The position numbers and the translations under genes are program-made. The notes beneath the pieces are model-generated. The model was not told the DNA's origin. It made no database searches and was given only the letters and a program-made list of their open reading frames with translations. A stretch of DNA of 9,363 nucleotides from Octopus sinensis. Taxonomy: Eukaryota. The stretch lies in assembly GCF_006345805.1 (NCBI RefSeq), contig NW_021828298.1:1-9363 (forward strand), in the 5' to 3' direction. Shown here in pieces: positions 7,615 to 9,363 of this stretch (position 1 is the stretch's first letter; each line of letters opens with the position of its first letter).

Positions 7615-7950
7615 GGCGCGTGGCTTAGTGGTTAGGGCATTCCGCTCACGATCGTAAGATCGAGAGTTCAATTCCCAGCAACGCGCTCTGTCCTTGAGCA
7701 AGACACTTTATTTCATGTTGCTCCAGTCCAATCAGCTGGCAAAAACGAGTAGTATCTGTGATTCAAAGAACCAGCCTCGTCACACTCTGTGTCACGCCGA
7801 ATCTCCCTGAGAACTACGTTAAGGCTACACGTGTCTGTGGAGTGCTCAGCCACTTGCACGTTAATTTCACGGGCAAGCTGTTCCGTTGATCGGATCAGCT
7901 GGAACCCTCCTCGTCGCAACCGACGGAGTGCTCAAAAAAGAAAGAAAAAA
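7615..7950 (+). mobile_element. tRNA-derived SINE family C, full length (CORE-like; octopus OK/OR-type)
   Basis: A box TGGCTTAGTGG 7621-7631, B box GAGTTCAATTCCC 7664-7676, CORE-like TGTCCTTGAGCAAGACACTT, A-rich tail 7934-7950. Confidence 0.9.
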
Positions 7951-8141
7951 TATATATGCACATATATGCTTGTATACGTACATATATACTTGTTTATGCA
8001 AATATATGTACATATTTATAATTTCATGCATACATACAAACGTACAAACATATATACATACGTACATATACATACGCACACAGACACAGACACACACATA
8101 CACATGCACGCACACACACACAACCACACACACACACACAC
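7951..8141. repeat. Degenerate (TA)/(TACA)/(CA) low-complexity tract
   Basis: Directly visible. Confidence 0.9.
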
Positions 8142-8227
8142 TTTATTAATAAAGCTGCAAAGACATTACAAAAACTGTTACTGAGAGTTTCACATTCCCG
8201 TTCGTCGGACAGTTTTGGTTGAGAATG

Positions 8228-8230
<3 letters not shown>
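8141..8230 (-). mobile_element. 90-bp hammerhead + AATAAA cassette between microsatellites (probable Penelope-like pLTR remnant)
   Basis: Contains hammerhead D, with minus-strand AATAAA (8142-8147) 24 nt past stem I; flanked by (CA)n and (TA)n. PLE origin is inferred from the known hammerhead-pLTR association. Confidence 0.5.
8171..8216 (-). ncRNA. Type I hammerhead ribozyme motif D (U4C core variant)
   Basis: Minus strand: AAAACTGT-CCGACGA-ACG(GGAA)TGT-GAAA-CT(CTC)AG-TA-ACAGTTTT. Perfect 8-bp stem I, 3-bp stem II with a GNRA loop, 3-bp stem III, GUA triplet. Confidence 0.75.

Positions 8231-8284
<54 letters not shown>
8231..8284. repeat. (TA)n microsatellite
   Basis: Directly visible. Confidence 0.97.
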
Positions 8285-8285
<1 letters not shown>

Positions 8286-8700
8286 CAAAATAAGAAATTG
8301 GAGAAATACATCGAAATCAAATATCAATTACCAGATAATACTCAATCACATACTTTATTAAACCACCACATAAGAAACTATAAGGTTAAACATAAAAAAG
8401 TAGGACAAAACAGTGTACATAAAGGGGTGTATATAAAAGAGTAATGTTATACAATAAGTAGAATATATATAAGAGAATATAAATATAAGTAAATATAAAT
8501 ATAAACATAGACTACATCTTACAGCTGTTTCGGCCATGCAGATAAGTATGTCTCATTTTACTTATATTAGCCATTTATGGTAGGTCAATATGTAGTTATA
8601 AATGAGACATTTACAAAAATATCGTAAGGCCTCTTCAGAGATTATGTGATACAAATCAGTTTACATATATACTTATATGGGTGTGGGTACATACCCATAA
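8286..8700 (-). mobile_element. Probable Penelope-like pLTR remnant carrying hammerhead C (boundaries approximate)
   Basis: Hammerhead followed on the minus strand by a T-rich tract and AATAAA (8354-8359), ending at (TA)n; no ORF. Family assignment is inference. Confidence 0.45.
8516..8642 (-). ncRNA. Type I hammerhead ribozyme motif C with long stem II
   Basis: Minus strand: ATCT-CTGAAGA-GGCC-[92 nt]-GGCC-GAAA-CAGCTG-TA-AGAT. Canonical core, 4-bp GC stem II base, palindromic stem III ACAGCTGT, GUA triplet; the insert holds an 11-bp perfect inverted repeat (8548-8558 / 8600-8610). Confidence 0.82.
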
Positions 8701-9212
8701 TAAAACATATACATATACATTTGTATATATATAAGTTGATTATAATTTTAACCTTAAAGGTATTTTAATATGCTGTCACATTTTTTGATGAAACATTTTT
8801 CTGTAAAAAAACTTCATCCTATATTAGTAGTATATTTGTATGTGTGTATCTACGTGTCCCCCCCCCCCACATATATCCATACATGCGTGCGCACACACAA
8901 GCACGCATTCACATATATCGCACACGTATATACATACACAATAGATACTATAAAAGAAATCCCTGAAATTAATTACGCAGACACGCCTTTCGCATGGAAA
9001 ACAATAGTTAATTTTATGTAAACATATTTAACGTGGTAAGCACTTTCTCATTGAGTAATGCTTTCTAATTATACTTCTGATGGTCATTGTTGTAAACGTG
9101 TTAACAATAATTTAACTATTGTTTTTCAAGCGGAGGCGTCCGTGAGTAAATAACCTCAATGATTTATTTTTTTTACATGTGGAAGCCATTCTTGTTGACA
9201 TATCTAGTTTTC

Positions 9213-9363
9213 GGATCTTTTCGGTTTGAACGGCAGTTTTTTCTAGCGGTGTCATATGAAATTGTCACCCATAATTATGACCCTAGTATCGATCTATTGC
9301 ATTTCAATCTATTTTAGGGTTAGGGTTAGGGGTAGGGGGAAGGGTATCTTTTTTTCTTCACAA
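9213..9363 (+). mobile_element. Putative left end of a non-autonomous DNA element containing TTAGGG repeats (runs off the window)
   Basis: Starts GGATCTTTTCGGTTTGAACGGCAGTTTT, which I recall as the TIR of an abundant octopus MITE-like repeat. The partner TIR is not in the window, so this is unverified. Confidence 0.38.
9314..9337 (+). repeat. Short interstitial telomere-like repeat (TTAGGG)3 + GTAGGG
   Basis: Directly visible. Confidence 0.9.

Noticed and set aside
7615-7690. tRNA genes at the SINE heads (also 2850-2919, 755-835)
   Set aside because: A and B boxes are present, but there is no complete cloverleaf or acceptor stem, and each continues into a SINE body.
9314-9337. True chromosome end
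   Set aside because: Only three perfect units, followed by non-telomeric sequence.

Overview
Repeat-dominated, AT-rich, non-coding eukaryotic window with no intact protein-coding gene. The tRNA-derived SINE types, microsatellite density and TTAGGG motif suggest a coleoid cephalopod, most likely Octopus; this is an inference from recognised repeat types, not a database hit. Ordinary content: three SINE families (7 copies or fragments), a non-autonomous Helitron with internal ~100-bp tandem repeats, a decayed Tc1 (DD34E) transposase, a candidate old MITE and many microsatellites. Main result: six type I hammerhead-ribozyme motifs from four sequence-unrelated families, all on the minus strand and all in or beside (TA)n/(CA)n tracts. 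Three lie once per unit in a ~99%-identical ~560-bp tandem array (4618-6099) lacking a convincing ORF. That architecture matches a retrozyme or Penelope-pLTR-type non-autonomous retroelement predicted to yield ~560-nt self-cleaved, possibly circular, RNAs. All folds and alignments were done by eye; activity is untested.
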